A stretch of 64,000 nucleotides of DNA. Origin: Rhizaria sp. SCN 62-66. Its lineage: Eukaryota. The notes beneath the pieces were generated by a model that saw only the letters and a program-made list of their open reading frames with translations, was not told the DNA's origin and did no database searches. Shown piece by piece: positions 32,464-43,710 of the stretch. The stretch is from contig MEDY01000069.1 in NCBI GenBank assembly GCA_001724265.1, positions 1 through 64,000 of the forward strand. Direction: 5' to 3'. Positions within the stretch are counted from its first letter, which is position 1; each line of letters opens with the position of its first letter. A program made the position numbers and the translations under genes.

Positions 32464-35400
32464 TTAATGTGCATTGACGTTCTCCGCGTATACGGTGCCG
32501 AAGACCTCGAAGCCGGAGAGCGCGATATACTCGTGGTCGTTCGAGTTGAGTCCCGTCTGCACAAGCTTGAAGTACCGCGCCGCGAACGTCTTGCCGTCGC
32601 CGTTGGCGCACACCTTGGGATCCAGCTTCCACACGACAGCCTTGCCGCGGGTGTCAAGCTTGGTGTCGTTCTTGTGGCGACTTAGCACGCGCCAGTGCAT
32701 GTTATCGTCCGACCCCAACAGGTCCCACGACTGCAGCGCCTCAGTGTCGAACGAGCTGTAGTGGCGCAGCGCGTAGTGCGTCGGCTGCACCCACAGCCCC
32801 AGGTCCCAGGCGAAAAAGCACGGCTTGTCGCTGCTCTCGGCCGGCGCGGTGAGGCAGCGCAGCGGCGTGCGTGAGAGCGTGCCGTAGGCCGGAATGCAGT
32901 CGCGCGTCGACATCTCGGACGACGCGACGTTCATGCGGCCAGTCAGCACGGGGTTGATGTACCGGGCGGTGCTGGAGCTGGGGTCGCCGTAGCCGGTGCC
33001 GATGAAGTACACGGCGCCGCCAGGGCCGAAGGGCATGTTCTCGTGCTCGGGCTTGAAGCTGCACTCGACGGGCCAGCTCGCACGCACATTGGCCTTGGAC
33101 TCGCTGGGGCGCGGGCCCATGAAGGAGACGCCGTCCTGCTTGCGCGCCTCGACCCAGGCCGAGTCGATGTCGGGGAACTTAACCGTCTCAGTGGGCAGCT
33201 TCACGGTCTCGAGACTGCGCGTCAACTCGGTGATCGCGGCCTCGGACATCAACGGCACCGCACGCGTGTCGCACGGGTCCTCCACCTCCTTGATCGGCAT
33301 CGTCAGCAAGTTGTAGTCGCTCGCGCTCGCGCCAGTGCCGGCGCACGGGAACGGGAGCGGCGACAGAGGGACCTGCGCAGAGAGAAGCTTGCCGTAGAGC
33401 TCCAGCCCGGACAGAGGGAAGAACGTGTTCTTATTCGAGTTGGGACCGATCTGGTGGATAGCAATGAAGCGGAAGCCCTCCTTAAGAGCGACACCCTGCG
33501 AGGTAATCGAGGCCGCCTTAGACGTGGAATCAATGTCGCTGACTTCGCTTTTGTAACGGTCAATCGTCCACGTCGCCGTGGCGCCCTTGCCGTTGATGCT
33601 GGTGTCCTTGCGGTGCGTCACGAGCACGGTCCAGCTGACGCCGTTGAGCGAGCCCAACATCTGCCACGACCGCACGCACTCAGTGACGTGCGACACATAG
33701 TGCCTCATCGTGTACGTCTCCGGCACAAAGCGGTTATACGGCCCCAGGTCGACACCAAAGTACGCAGTCTGCTTGGTCGAACGCGTGACGCAGCGTACCG
33801 TCTCGCGGCCGCAGATGGCGGCGGCGGTCTGCGACGGCACGGGCGACACGGCGAGCTCGGAGCTGAAGGCTTCGACGTACCACGGCGACGGGGCGCGCGT
33901 CGGGGGGCGCACACCGGGGGCGTAGTCAAAGGGATTGCCAGCAGGATTGCTCCATTCAACAGTGCCACCCTGCGTGCCGAGGAAGTAAAACAGACCCTTG
34001 GTGTCAAAATCCTTCGTGTGCGTGAAGTACCTCTGCGTCAGCGTCGGAATGTGCTTCAGCAAAGCCTCCGACAGCTTCTCAGGCAACCTACCATTGGCCA
34101 TTGGGCCCGCGGGGTGGGTCACCCCGACCGCCCAGCCGCTGTCCGTGAGCGACGACACGGACAAAGACGAGGCACCCAGCGACCCCGGGTGCTGGAATAC
34201 GCGGAACCAGTCGAGCGGAGGCGGGGAGTACGGTGATTCGCCTCGAATGGCAGTCTTAATGGGAGTGAGAGACTCCAAGAGCTTGTCCCGCTGACTGGCG
34301 CGCAGCAGATGTTGAGTCGAGGGCACATCAAGCGAGTAGCACAGCGTACCAAAAACTTCGAATCCGCTTAACACCATTGCAGTGCTCTTGGCCGCGTTCT
34401 TGCCGGTCATCCGCAGCCGGAGGAAGCGCACAGGCGATGTGGAGGGGCCACTGCTCTCTGCACCACTGGAGCTGCTTTGGAGATCGTCAAGGAGATTGAA
34501 GTATGCCTCGTACGGCCGCAGCGGCGTGGTGCCCGCAACGCCTTTGAGCTCGTTGGCAGCCTTTGCAGACTGGTCCATAGACAGTTCAGTATTGGCCTGC
34601 CAGTGACGCAAAGGCTTCCATGCCTGCAAATTGAGTGGATCTGAGCCAGAGTTGACTTCGAACACAAAGCACGTCAAACCAACGCCTTCCGGCTGACGTA
34701 CTGCAAATCCGGTTGGCATGAGACGGAGCTGACCGAGATCGATCATAACCCACGGATATTCACCACTGTTACTGCCAATACTACTAAGCACATTTGTGTT
34801 GATTGGGCCGGTGGGCGTGATGGTGACAGTGGTATTGGTGGCATTCTCATTGGCCGCCAGCGCGGCGAGCTGTGACAGGGAAGCTTTGCTGTCTGCAGCG
34901 AGCTGTGAGCACAGCAGCGACACAATACCCAGATCCACCGGGTTTGCCGGAGTCTGGAGATTCGTCTTCATGTCGCGGTTGAGGAAGCCCCGGGAGCCAA
35001 GATAGCAAAGAACACCACTTGCGTTGAAAGGGCTCTGAAACTTATGAAGCTTCACCGGTTCCAAAAGAGGCTTTGAAGTCTCCTCTTCATAAAAGGACGA
35101 CTTGAGTAAATTATTAAGTTCGTCGACGCCAATGCTTGCCTTACCCATCGACACAGCAACCCTCTTAAGTTGTCCCACAACCACATCGCCATTGGCGTTG
35201 CGCTGTCCCGACGCGCGTTGGTCCTTCGCTTCCGTAGAGGCCGTGGTTGCGATATTGCCCGTGCTCAAGTGGATGTTGGACGACAAGTTCAGCACGGAGG
35301 CGGGCGCCGGCAGCACAAGAGCGTTGCCGACCTCGACGTCAACCTTGGACGCCTGGCGGAACAGGTCCTTGAGCGTGGGCAGCACGAGCTGACCGTAGAG

Positions 35401-38400
35401 CTCGAAGCCCGCCAGCGGCAGGAAGTGATTGTTGAATGAATTGGGACCCGTTTGAAACACGCGGATGAAGCGGTGCGGGCGCTTCGCGGCCTCATGGAAA
35501 GTAAACGGCAGTTGCGGAGAGGATTCGCCGCGCGAGGGCAGCACCCAGGTCTTTGAGGTAGACATGCCGGAGATAGACGTGTCGTTCTTGTGTGACACGA
35601 TGACATCCCAGTTGTCGGTTTCCTTGCTGCGGCCCTCGAGGTTCCACGAGCGCAAACACTCGCCGTCCCAGCTCGTGTAATGCCGCATGGTAAAGGCCTG
35701 CACCAGCAAACATGCCAGATGGAGGTCGAATTCAAAAAACGAGTCCGGCTTGGACTGCGTGACACAGCGGCCGGGTGTGCGGTTGAGTGCGCCCCAGGGC
35801 TGCAGCGAGTCGGCGGGCCGCGAGGACGACGTCACGGTAACGAGGCCGCGCAGCGCCGGGTTCACCCAGGGCTGTGTGTACGCGCATGTGCCGAGGAAGT
35901 AGAAGAAGCCGTTGCGGTCGAAGTCGTGGTCGGGGCGGAACTTGATCACCCACGCGCCCTTGTCGGGCTCCGTCTGCGACCGCATGATGGCGACGTTCGA
36001 CGGGATGTGCGGCGCCTCAAAGCGCGTGAGCGTGCAGTTGACCGCGTGTCCACTGGGGACGACGGTGGCAGTCGCCGTGCTGCACAGCTTCTCGAGCGAC
36101 AGCATGAGCTCGACGAAGGACCACAGCCCGGCAGCCTTGCTCTGCTTCGACAGCGAGCACAGCGGCGTCTGCAGCGCGCGGTTGATCATGTGACGGAACG
36201 GGGACACTTCGTCGCCGCCCACGTGGGGAACTAAGGTGCGCACGCCGCCCGCGGAGCCCGCCTCGCAGACCGGAGATGCGGCGGCCACAGCGGCGTTGGC
36301 GAGCGCGGAGCCGCTGCCCGCGATCGCCGGCGCGCCCGCGGCGCCGCCGGCACCGGGCGCGATGGAGCTGTCGCACATGACGCAGCCCAGCGCGTACTCG
36401 ATGCCGTTGGGCGGGTGCGGGCGCTTAAGCGGGCACTGCTGTGGGTCGGCCTCAAGCTTGGCGAGCTGCGCGTTCTGCTCCTCCTCGCTCGCGGCCGCGA
36501 ACTTGGGGTCCTGGCGCAGCTTGGTGATCTTGGAGGTCAGCGCCGCGCACTGCGGGTAGTCCCAGATGCGCTGCTTGTTGGCGCCCGTGCGGTGCACGGC
36601 GAGGTTCTGCCACACGCCCGACTTGTGGCAGTCGTTGCAGAAGTGCGTGTTGCCCCAGCACGACCACGACGACGGCTGGCAGCAGTAGCGGCACTTGTAC
36701 AGCAGGAATTCCTTCGAGTGCACCTTACACTCACCCAGAGACGACGGCTGGCACGTCGCGCACAAGAGATCCTTGACCTTGACGGTGCCCGCAGCGGGGT
36801 CATTACACTCGTAGCCGCCGGCGAAGTACGGCTGCTTGCACTTGAAGCACTGCTGGAACACGAACGAGTGCATCGCATACTCGAGCGGCTTTTTGTACCA
36901 CGGTGAGCTGTCGTTGAGCAGTATTTCGTCCTTGTCCATGCTTTCATATACGAGTCGCTCCAGCGCCATGGTCTGGATGCGCTGCTCGAGCGAGATGACC
37001 TCGAGCAGCGGCAGCAGCAGACGCTGATGGAAAATGGGCAGACGGCACGTCGAGCACACGCGCTTCTCGAAGCTCAGCCGCGCCGCAGCCTCGTCTCCGG
37101 GCTCCATGCGAGGCTTACCGTCCTCGCGGCCCTCCTCGGACACAAGCGCGACGGCGGCGGCCGACACAGCCGGGTCGCCCTTAGAGAGCATGGTCATGCC
37201 GTCGATGCCAGGCGTGGTGCGCAGCATCTGCATCGTGCAGTGGAAGTGGAACATGTGGTTGCACGTCTCCGAATCGGGAAACTCGGCCAGGAGCGCCGGC
37301 ATGCGCAGTTGCGACCGTTTGCTGTCCGTGCCTGACTGCGGGGGCAGCGAGGAACAGCCGGACTTGATAATGGGGGCCGCCTTGAGCGGCTCCGTGAAGC
37401 AGAGCACGCAGAGCTCCTCGCGCACGTCGCCCTGTGCGCCGTGCTGCAGACACGGCGGGCACTCGAGCTCGCCCAGCACGCCGGGGCACGCGCATCCGCA
37501 GGCGAGCGTCTTGTGGCACGCAAAGCGCGCGCGCGCCACGCAGTCGCGGTCGCCGCAGACGTTCTCCAGCACCTTGGGCGGCGGCGACACCGGCAGCGGG
37601 AGCGTGCCGATGTCGTGCGGCAGCAAACGCTCTACCTCGGGCGCAGTCAGTAGCTCGCGCGGTTGGCCCTGCGGCGGCAGCTTCGCCTGCAGGTCCGTGT
37701 GCGCGCGCTTCATCTTGTCCGCGGCGTCCTTGCAGATGCTGACGTAGTTGGGCCTGTTGGGACGGATGGTTTTCTCGCAGAAGCGGCACTTGGGCGCGAT
37801 GAGATAGGCCTGGTAGTCTTCACATGTGAAGCCCTTGTGGTACGGCGTGGTGTTGCAGAGGCTGCAGAAGACGGTGCCACAATTGGACTTGTAGTTGTAC
37901 CGCCTAAAGTGCTTGTAGGCCACGGGCGACAACGTGATGCCATCATTGTCCTTTTCTGTGATTGCTTGGTCCACGCCCAAGTGGAACTCTTTGTCGTCGA
38001 CAGTGTACTTTTCCTTGCATTTGGGACAGGAAATCTCCTTCATGCCAGCCTCCCGGAGAAATCCGTTCACCTGAGCCGTCTCAAGCTCTGATACCAGCTG
38101 ATTTGTCACGAGGGACTTAACGTGGGAATCCGCAATGGTCTTCCTACACACGGGACATTTGATGCCGCCCATGACGGCGTCGGCGCGAATTGCATCCGAG
38201 ACAGTCGCGGACATGCACTCCGGACAGTATTCGTCGTAACACACTTCAGCCACTGCGCCGCGTTGCTTACTGTATGGCGCCGCACGTTTCTGACACCGAC
38301 AGCACGGCAACATAAGCTGCGGCTGCTGCTGCTGCTGCTGTGCTTGCTGAGGCTGCTGCTGTGCTTGTTGAGGCTGTGGCGACACCGCCTGCGGCTTTCC

Positions 38401-38884
38401 CCCTCCTCGCATTTCAGCCGCAATGCCATCGACCTTGATGCGAAACGAGTTTTCATTGTACGCCGCAAATGCGCGCTTGACTTTTGGCGCGAGCTCGAGA
38501 AACTCGACGCTCCACCAATTATCTGCGCTGACATGGCTCGGAGTTTCGATGTTGACCTTGAGCGTGCGCGATGTATTCTGCGCAAGCGAGCAGGCGTGAG
38601 CGTTGTGAACACAGGCGGCATCATGCAAAACAGAGGAGGGAGGATGGACAGAGGCGAGATGAGTGATGAGATGACAACAATTGTGATAGGTTGAGGTGGA
38701 GTGGAGCTGATGTGGCTTGTTGGAGATTGGTGGTATCAAGAAATCTTAAAAAGCATGCAAGCAAGCGGATGAAAAAATATTGCGTATGACGTGCCGTTAT
38801 CTCAGTCTTTGTTAGTCCCCACTTCTCGGATTCATTCATAAACTCGATTAGTGAGCTCCATGTTAGGCCTTGACCGGAGGACAT
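32464..38884 (-). CDS. E3 ubiquitin ligase: N-terminal RING/IBR-like zinc fingers + MYCBP2/PHR-type RING-Cys-relay domain + four HECTD1-like SUN/galactose-binding (F5/8C-like) repeats (probable exons 38884-38795, 38577-32464; about 2067 aa)
   Basis: CPECM..KCPVC, CPKC..CGTVFCSLC..PYHKGFTC; MYCBP2-like CRFC..VCGDRDC..ACHKTLACG..C.GV.GE.ECPPCL, C.LC.TE.L.AAP, HMFHFHC, YAM..F..CFKC..YF.G..EC, KCRYCC..SCWGNTHFCNDCH, CPL..HPP.G.EYALGC..C; four repeats with D.NG..Y.LGT, VNP, RHY, W...GS, H.ND, GFE.[YF]G. First exon is inferred. Confidence 0.82.
38578..38794 (-). other. Probable GC-AG intron (217 nt, phase 0) near the 5' end of the E3 ligase gene
   Basis: ACG|GCACGT at 38794 (GC variant of the GTACGT/GTACGC donors seen elsewhere); long pyrimidine-rich tract ending GCGCAG|AAT at 38578; joins a 30-codon ATG exon in frame. 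Confidence 0.5.
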
Positions 38885-39931
38885 GGTACTTTGAGACCGA
38901 CCTGTCTGGATGTGTGCGACCCGCGCGCGCGGCCGTGTGAAATGAAGAGAGTCGACCTGCTTAAGAAAAGTTCAAAGGATATACGTAGCTGAACAGCTCT
39001 TGCACAACACTAATGCGATGCAGGCAGCATTTGGTGGACAGACATGAATGGAGCCAGTTGGTTCGGTTAGTTGGAGGTCATTTCTTGGTTCTTGATTTAC
39101 ACACTAAACGATGCACTTCTGTCACTTTCAGAAACACAAATGAAATAGAAAGCAATAAAAAACCCCACAACACACGAGATGTCCAATACTAACGTTCGCG
39201 TCGCCAATTGTGTTCGTTTTTGTTTGCCTCACCAACAAATTCTGTTGGGCCTCGTGGCTGCGCAGCGTTCCCAGTGGCTGCAAGAGGCGAGTCCGATCAA
39301 CATCATATTTCGTGGACTAACGACCGTTTATCGGATACTTATGCGACTTTGGGACTTGTTTTGACATCATTCACAGTGCATTTCACACGATCCATTATTA
39401 ATTGTCCAACATGAGCGTGTATGTTTCTCAAAAGGCACGGATTTACGATCCACCTCAAACGCGTTCTAGACACTCGGCATAGAAAAAATGCGTCGCTGTA
39501 GAGAGCTCACATCAGCCAGATGAAAGAAAATCGTGATTTTAAATAATATTCCCACACTAATAAAAGCATTGAAACGACGTAGAATAGAGGCACGCAATAG
39601 AATACCCTGTATCCAGGAAATGTACGGTCGTTTTCGCCGAGAAGGATAACCTACACCGCCCTCGTTTGTTCACGACAGCTATCCTGAGGGACACTTCAGA
39701 GGGATGGTACTGGTAGGCAGTTGCGAAGCTGCGCGTTCGGAGGCTCTTTAGTTCAATATTGCACAATGACGCATATTACGGACACTTCTGAGTGACAAAT
39801 AAACATTACTTGAGCATTAATAATAAGTAGTCTGCAGCAGAAATGTTCCCACTCAGTGCTCCATTGATTTTGAGGACAAGCACAAACGAAGTCACCAGTG
39901 ATGGTTTCTTCCAGTATTATGTTCACTTACT

Positions 39932-42900
39932 TCACTCAGCCTCGCGGTCATTATTGTTGGTGTTCACGCCACGATTGCTGCCGAGGAACGAACTCACACT
40001 GCTGTCTACCACGCTCACCACAGCCGCTGCACCCTGCTGTTGCTGCTGCTGCTGCTTCAACTGCTGCTGTTGGCGGACCAAAGTCCGGGCCATGGCGACG
40101 CGCTCCTGGCGCTCTTCAAGCGAGGCCGCAACGAGCCGCGCGCGCTCTTCCTCGGTCGCCGCGGCGCGCTCCTTGAGCGCCGCCTCGTGTTTCTCGAAGT
40201 AGTACCCCTTGGCGGGCGCGTCGCGGGCCTTGGCGTCAAACTGCGCGATGGCCTCGCGCACGCGCTTGGGGTTGAGCGAGAAGTTGCCCTCGCCGTCGAA
40301 GGCGATGCCGGAGCGCACTGACGCAACCGCACGACCGGAGCCGATGGCGGGGTCCAGCATCCGCAGCACTTCGCCGCCGGCCACCTTGAGCTGGGGCTCA
40401 TGGCGCAGCGCGCCCACCGTCATGAGCGCCAGCGCGGCGTCGGCCACGCCCTGCGCCTCGGGCGCCGTCTCCCACAGCGGGGAGATGGCGATCGCAGACA
40501 AGTCGCGGTGGTAGAGGTTCTCCCAGCCCGCAATCTCGTGCTCGCGTCGTGCCGCGGGCATCGCCTCCTTCTGCGCGCGCGACACGGCGTCGGGGCGCGA
40601 GAGCACGACCTTGGCAACCTCGATGGCGGCGTTGTGCTTGCCTGTGCGCGCGTACAGCCGTGCCAGCGCGCCCGCCGCAGCGATGTGGTTGGCGTCCTTG
40701 TCCATAGCCTTGCGCAGCAGCTCCTCGGCGCGGCCTGCATCCCCGGCGGCCTCGGCCACGCGCGCGGCGAGCACGTACGGCTGCGGGCGCTGGTGCTGCA
40801 GCAGCATCAGCTCGTCGGAGTACTTGCGTGCGCCCTCCAGGTCGCCGCGGCGCAGCAGCAGGTCGGTGAGCATCGACATCACCTCGAACTCCTTCGGCGC
40901 AGGCTTGAGCGCTGTGGTGACCGTGGACACGCGCAGCCGATCGAGCGTGGCCTTGTGCGGCGCCACGCCCGCCGACGCCTGCTCGAGCAGCGTCGGCCCG
41001 TGCGTGCGGTGGTACGCGATGATGGCGTCGGCGGCGCGCGTGAGCAGCAGCTCAGCCTCCTTGACGGCGATGCCGCGGGGGCGGCGCGGGCTGGGACCGG
41101 GCGCCAATGCGTCGGCCGCGGCCTTGGCGTCCACGGTCGCGGCCACGGCGGCGCGGCCAACGGCAGTGAGCTCGCTCGCGACGTCCACGGTACTCGCGTC
41201 AACGAGCCCGACAGTGACGCTAGGCGCACTGGCGCTAGCATCCGCCGCAGCCTCGCCGGCAACGGCAGCAGCCTCAGCGTTGGCGACAGCGACGGCGATC
41301 TCGGTGGCCGCGGCCTCGGCGTCCTTCTTGGCCTTGCGGCGGGCATGGATGGCCTGCTCACGTGCGAGCTGCGCAGGCGTGTAGTTCTTGGCGCCGAAGT
41401 CGCTGCCGTTGACAAGTGCGCACGCGACCTCATAGGCCCACCCGGGGTGGCTAGCCTTGTTCTTCATCAGCAGATCGTACTTGCCGGGCAGCAGCAGCAG
41501 CCCCAGGCCCTGCTGCTCGATGCGCTCCACGAACGACGAGCCCGGCTCGCCGGCAAGATTCTTGGGGCTGGCGCCGTGCTCGGCCCAGGACTCGAGCAGC
41601 GCGGCCGACTGCTCCTCGCGCTGGATGATCGTGAAGGCGGGTGCCAGCAGAGCGAAGCCGTAGACGGTGACGTTGTTGTCGTCGTCACGGTACATCTTCA
41701 TGCCCTCGTTGTACATATGCGCGGCGATGGCACGCGTCATAGTGGGTTCCAGGTACTCGACCGTGTCGAGCAGGAAGTTAGGCCGGCGCAGCGAGTACTT
41801 TTTGATGAAGTCGATAATGAGTCCGTCAAAGACGAGGTTGCGGTCGGGCAGGTCGCGCATGATCTGCTGGATCGTCTCCGCAGAGGGGTGCTCTTCGCGC
41901 AAGTGCTCAGGCACCGTGGCAAGGAAGCGGCCGCGGTAGGTGAGTAGGCCAAGCACCCAACCGTGGTCAAAGTACTCGAGCATGTCGTCGCTGCCGAGCA
42001 GCGTGTTGATGAGCTCCATGGTCATGATCCGGATCTCAGGGTCCGCGGCGTCCAAGCGGTCGAACACGCAGCCCCACTCGTCCTCCCAGTTCTTGACCTG
42101 ATCGATGAAGAAGCCGTACTGCGCAAGCGCCTTGAGCAGGTGCGCGCCGGCTGCGGTGTGCACGTAGTCGGTCATGTGGTCCGCCGCCATGAGGCCGGCG
42201 AAAAAGTCGATGCCCCACACGGCGACGACCCAGCGCGCGAAGGGCTCGCTCGAGGCCATGTACTCGGCCACGGCCGCCACGGCCGGGAGACAAGTCTCGT
42301 CGCCGCGGGCGATGCGCGTCGAGAGCCGGCCCGTGGCGGCCGAGGCGTACATGTAGAGCAGCTGCAGGCCCTTGAAGACGAGCACGGCACCCACGGTCAT
42401 CGACACGGCCTGCAGCAGCCCGCTGCGGTAGTACGCGATGAGCTTGCGGAGGAACGTGAAGAGGTTGCGTAGGATGCGGAACGAGTTGCCGCGGCGAGAT
42501 TTCTTCATTGCAGCCTCGATGTCGACCTGGGCTACTTCCTCTTCCTCCTCTTCGGCGGCCTTCTTCTTCTTCTCTTTCTTCTTCTTTTTCTTATCCTGAT
42601 TCTCACCGGCGCCTTCGCCCTCACCCTTACCCTCGCCTTCAGAACCAGCGCCAGCAGCGCCGTCCTTGCCGTCCTTGGAGGCGTCGGCCTTGTTGGCGTC
42701 GGAGCTAGCGCCAGAGGCAGCCTTGTCCTTGTCAGCAGAGTCGTTTGGCTTCTCAGTGTTGTTGTTCTTGTTGGTGGCGTCGGAAGAGAAAGCTCGGACG
42801 TGCGCAGGCTGCAAAAACTGCGCGCCGCTGTTGCGAACGCTCTTGCTGCTGCGCGCGCCATTGCCGAGCGTCACGGCGGTGACCGGGAGGCGTGCGAAGG

Positions 42901-43270
42901 CGGAGAGGACGCGCGTCTGCGCGGCGAGCGCGGAGCCAGTCAGCGTCGTCGAAGACAGCGTCGCGAGCGTGCGCTCAAGTTGCAACAACGCCGAAGAGGA
43001 TACGGACTTAGACGCGACGCGAGCCCGAGCGCACGCCGCGAGAGAGACCACAGGCCGCGGGGCCGCGAAGGCGCTGGAGGCAGTGGGCTGCAGCTGGGAA
43101 GAGGCGGTGGAGTGGGAGAAGCGGACCGCTGCGCTTGTGGGGGGTAGCATAGGACCCGCAAGAGCGACTGCACGCAAGGCGTCAACCGCGTGCGCAACAA
43201 CGCTGACACCCGCTTTGGTTGCACCAGAGACTGCCCCGGAGCGGGACAGCTGGCCGTGCCGACGGATCAT
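39932..43270 (-). CDS. Mitochondrion-targeted membrane protein with helical (ARM-like) region and C-terminal TPR repeats (1112 aa)
   Basis: Long Arg/Ser/Ala-rich acid-poor N-terminus ending HVRAFSSD; hydrophobic segment LLQAVSMTVGAVLVFKGLQLLYMY; TPR-like helices (LTDLLLRRGDLEGARKY, LAARVAEAAGDAGRAEELLRKA, ALARLYARTGKHNAAIE); strong codon bias. Confidence 0.65.
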   Translation of the reverse strand: MIRRHGQLSRSGAVSGATKAGVSVVAHAVDALRAVALAGPMLPPTSAAVRFSHSTASSQLQPTASSAFAAPRPVVSLAACARARVASKSVSSSALLQLERTLATLSSTTLTGSALAAQTRVLSAFARLPVTAVTLGNGARSSKSVRNSGAQFLQPAHVRAFSSDATNKNNNTEKPNDSADKDKAASGASSDANKADASKDGKDGAAGAGSEGEGKGEGEGAGENQDKKKKKKEKKKKAAEEEEEEVAQVDIEAAMKKSRRGNSFRILRNLFTFLRKLIAYYRSGLLQAVSMTVGAVLVFKGLQLLYMYASAATGRLSTRIARGDETCLPAVAAVAEYMASSEPFARWVVAVWGIDFFAGLMAADHMTDYVHTAAGAHLLKALAQYGFFIDQVKNWEDEWGCVFDRLDAADPEIRIMTMELINTLLGSDDMLEYFDHGWVLGLLTYRGRFLATVPEHLREEHPSAETIQQIMRDLPDRNLVFDGLIIDFIKKYSLRRPNFLLDTVEYLEPTMTRAIAAHMYNEGMKMYRDDDNNVTVYGFALLAPAFTIIQREEQSAALLESWAEHGASPKNLAGEPGSSFVERIEQQGLGLLLLPGKYDLLMKNKASHPGWAYEVACALVNGSDFGAKNYTPAQLAREQAIHARRKAKKDAEAAATEIAVAVANAEAAAVAGEAAADASASAPSVTVGLVDASTVDVASELTAVGRAAVAATVDAKAAADALAPGPSPRRPRGIAVKEAELLLTRAADAIIAYHRTHGPTLLEQASAGVAPHKATLDRLRVSTVTTALKPAPKEFEVMSMLTDLLLRRGDLEGARKYSDELMLLQHQRPQPYVLAARVAEAAGDAGRAEELLRKAMDKDANHIAAAGALARLYARTGKHNAAIEVAKVVLSRPDAVSRAQKEAMPAARREHEIAGWENLYHRDLSAIAISPLWETAPEAQGVADAALALMTVGALRHEPQLKVAGGEVLRMLDPAIGSGRAVASVRSGIAFDGEGNFSLNPKRVREAIAQFDAKARDAPAKGYYFEKHEAALKERAAATEEERARLVAASLEERQERVAMARTLVRQQQQLKQQQQQQQGAAAVVSVVDSSVSSFLGSNRGVNTNNNDREAE

Positions 43271-43710
43271 CAGGTTGCGAGGTGTGGCCTACAGAAGCAA
43301 GCAATATAAAGGCAAAGGCATCACCTATTAGAAGTACAACAACATGCAATAGCAATAAAACAAACAATTTAAAATAATAATTAAATTACATGTTCTAACA
43401 AAGAGTTTGTAGTCACTTTCGACATGGTTTTGCTCGAAACTGCGGTGCCAACCGACTGACTGACCGACCCACGTCCGCAGGCCCGGTTCGTGAAAAACCG
43501 AGTTCGACTGCTCCGTTCTTCTCGAGAAGGTCCCCTCATGGCAGAACTTCAGCGGTTTCGAACGTATGATTCCCATCGACAATGTAAGAAATGCGCACTG
43601 ATTCAAGATGCAATGTTTCATGTAACTTTAAGTCCTTAAATATATATTTCTCACACTGCTGTTTCCATGCCACACTCCGCGCTCTGCGCCGCTCCCTTAT
43701 CCACGCACAG

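Noticed and set aside
39600-39760. rRNA gene
   Set aside because: Similarity is limited to 29 nt; flanks do not follow LSU rRNA.
43480-43530. Palindromes CGGTT..AACCG and CTTCTCGAGAAG as heat-shock element or tRNA
   Set aside because: Only one TTCnnGAA unit and no cloverleaf; too weak to call.
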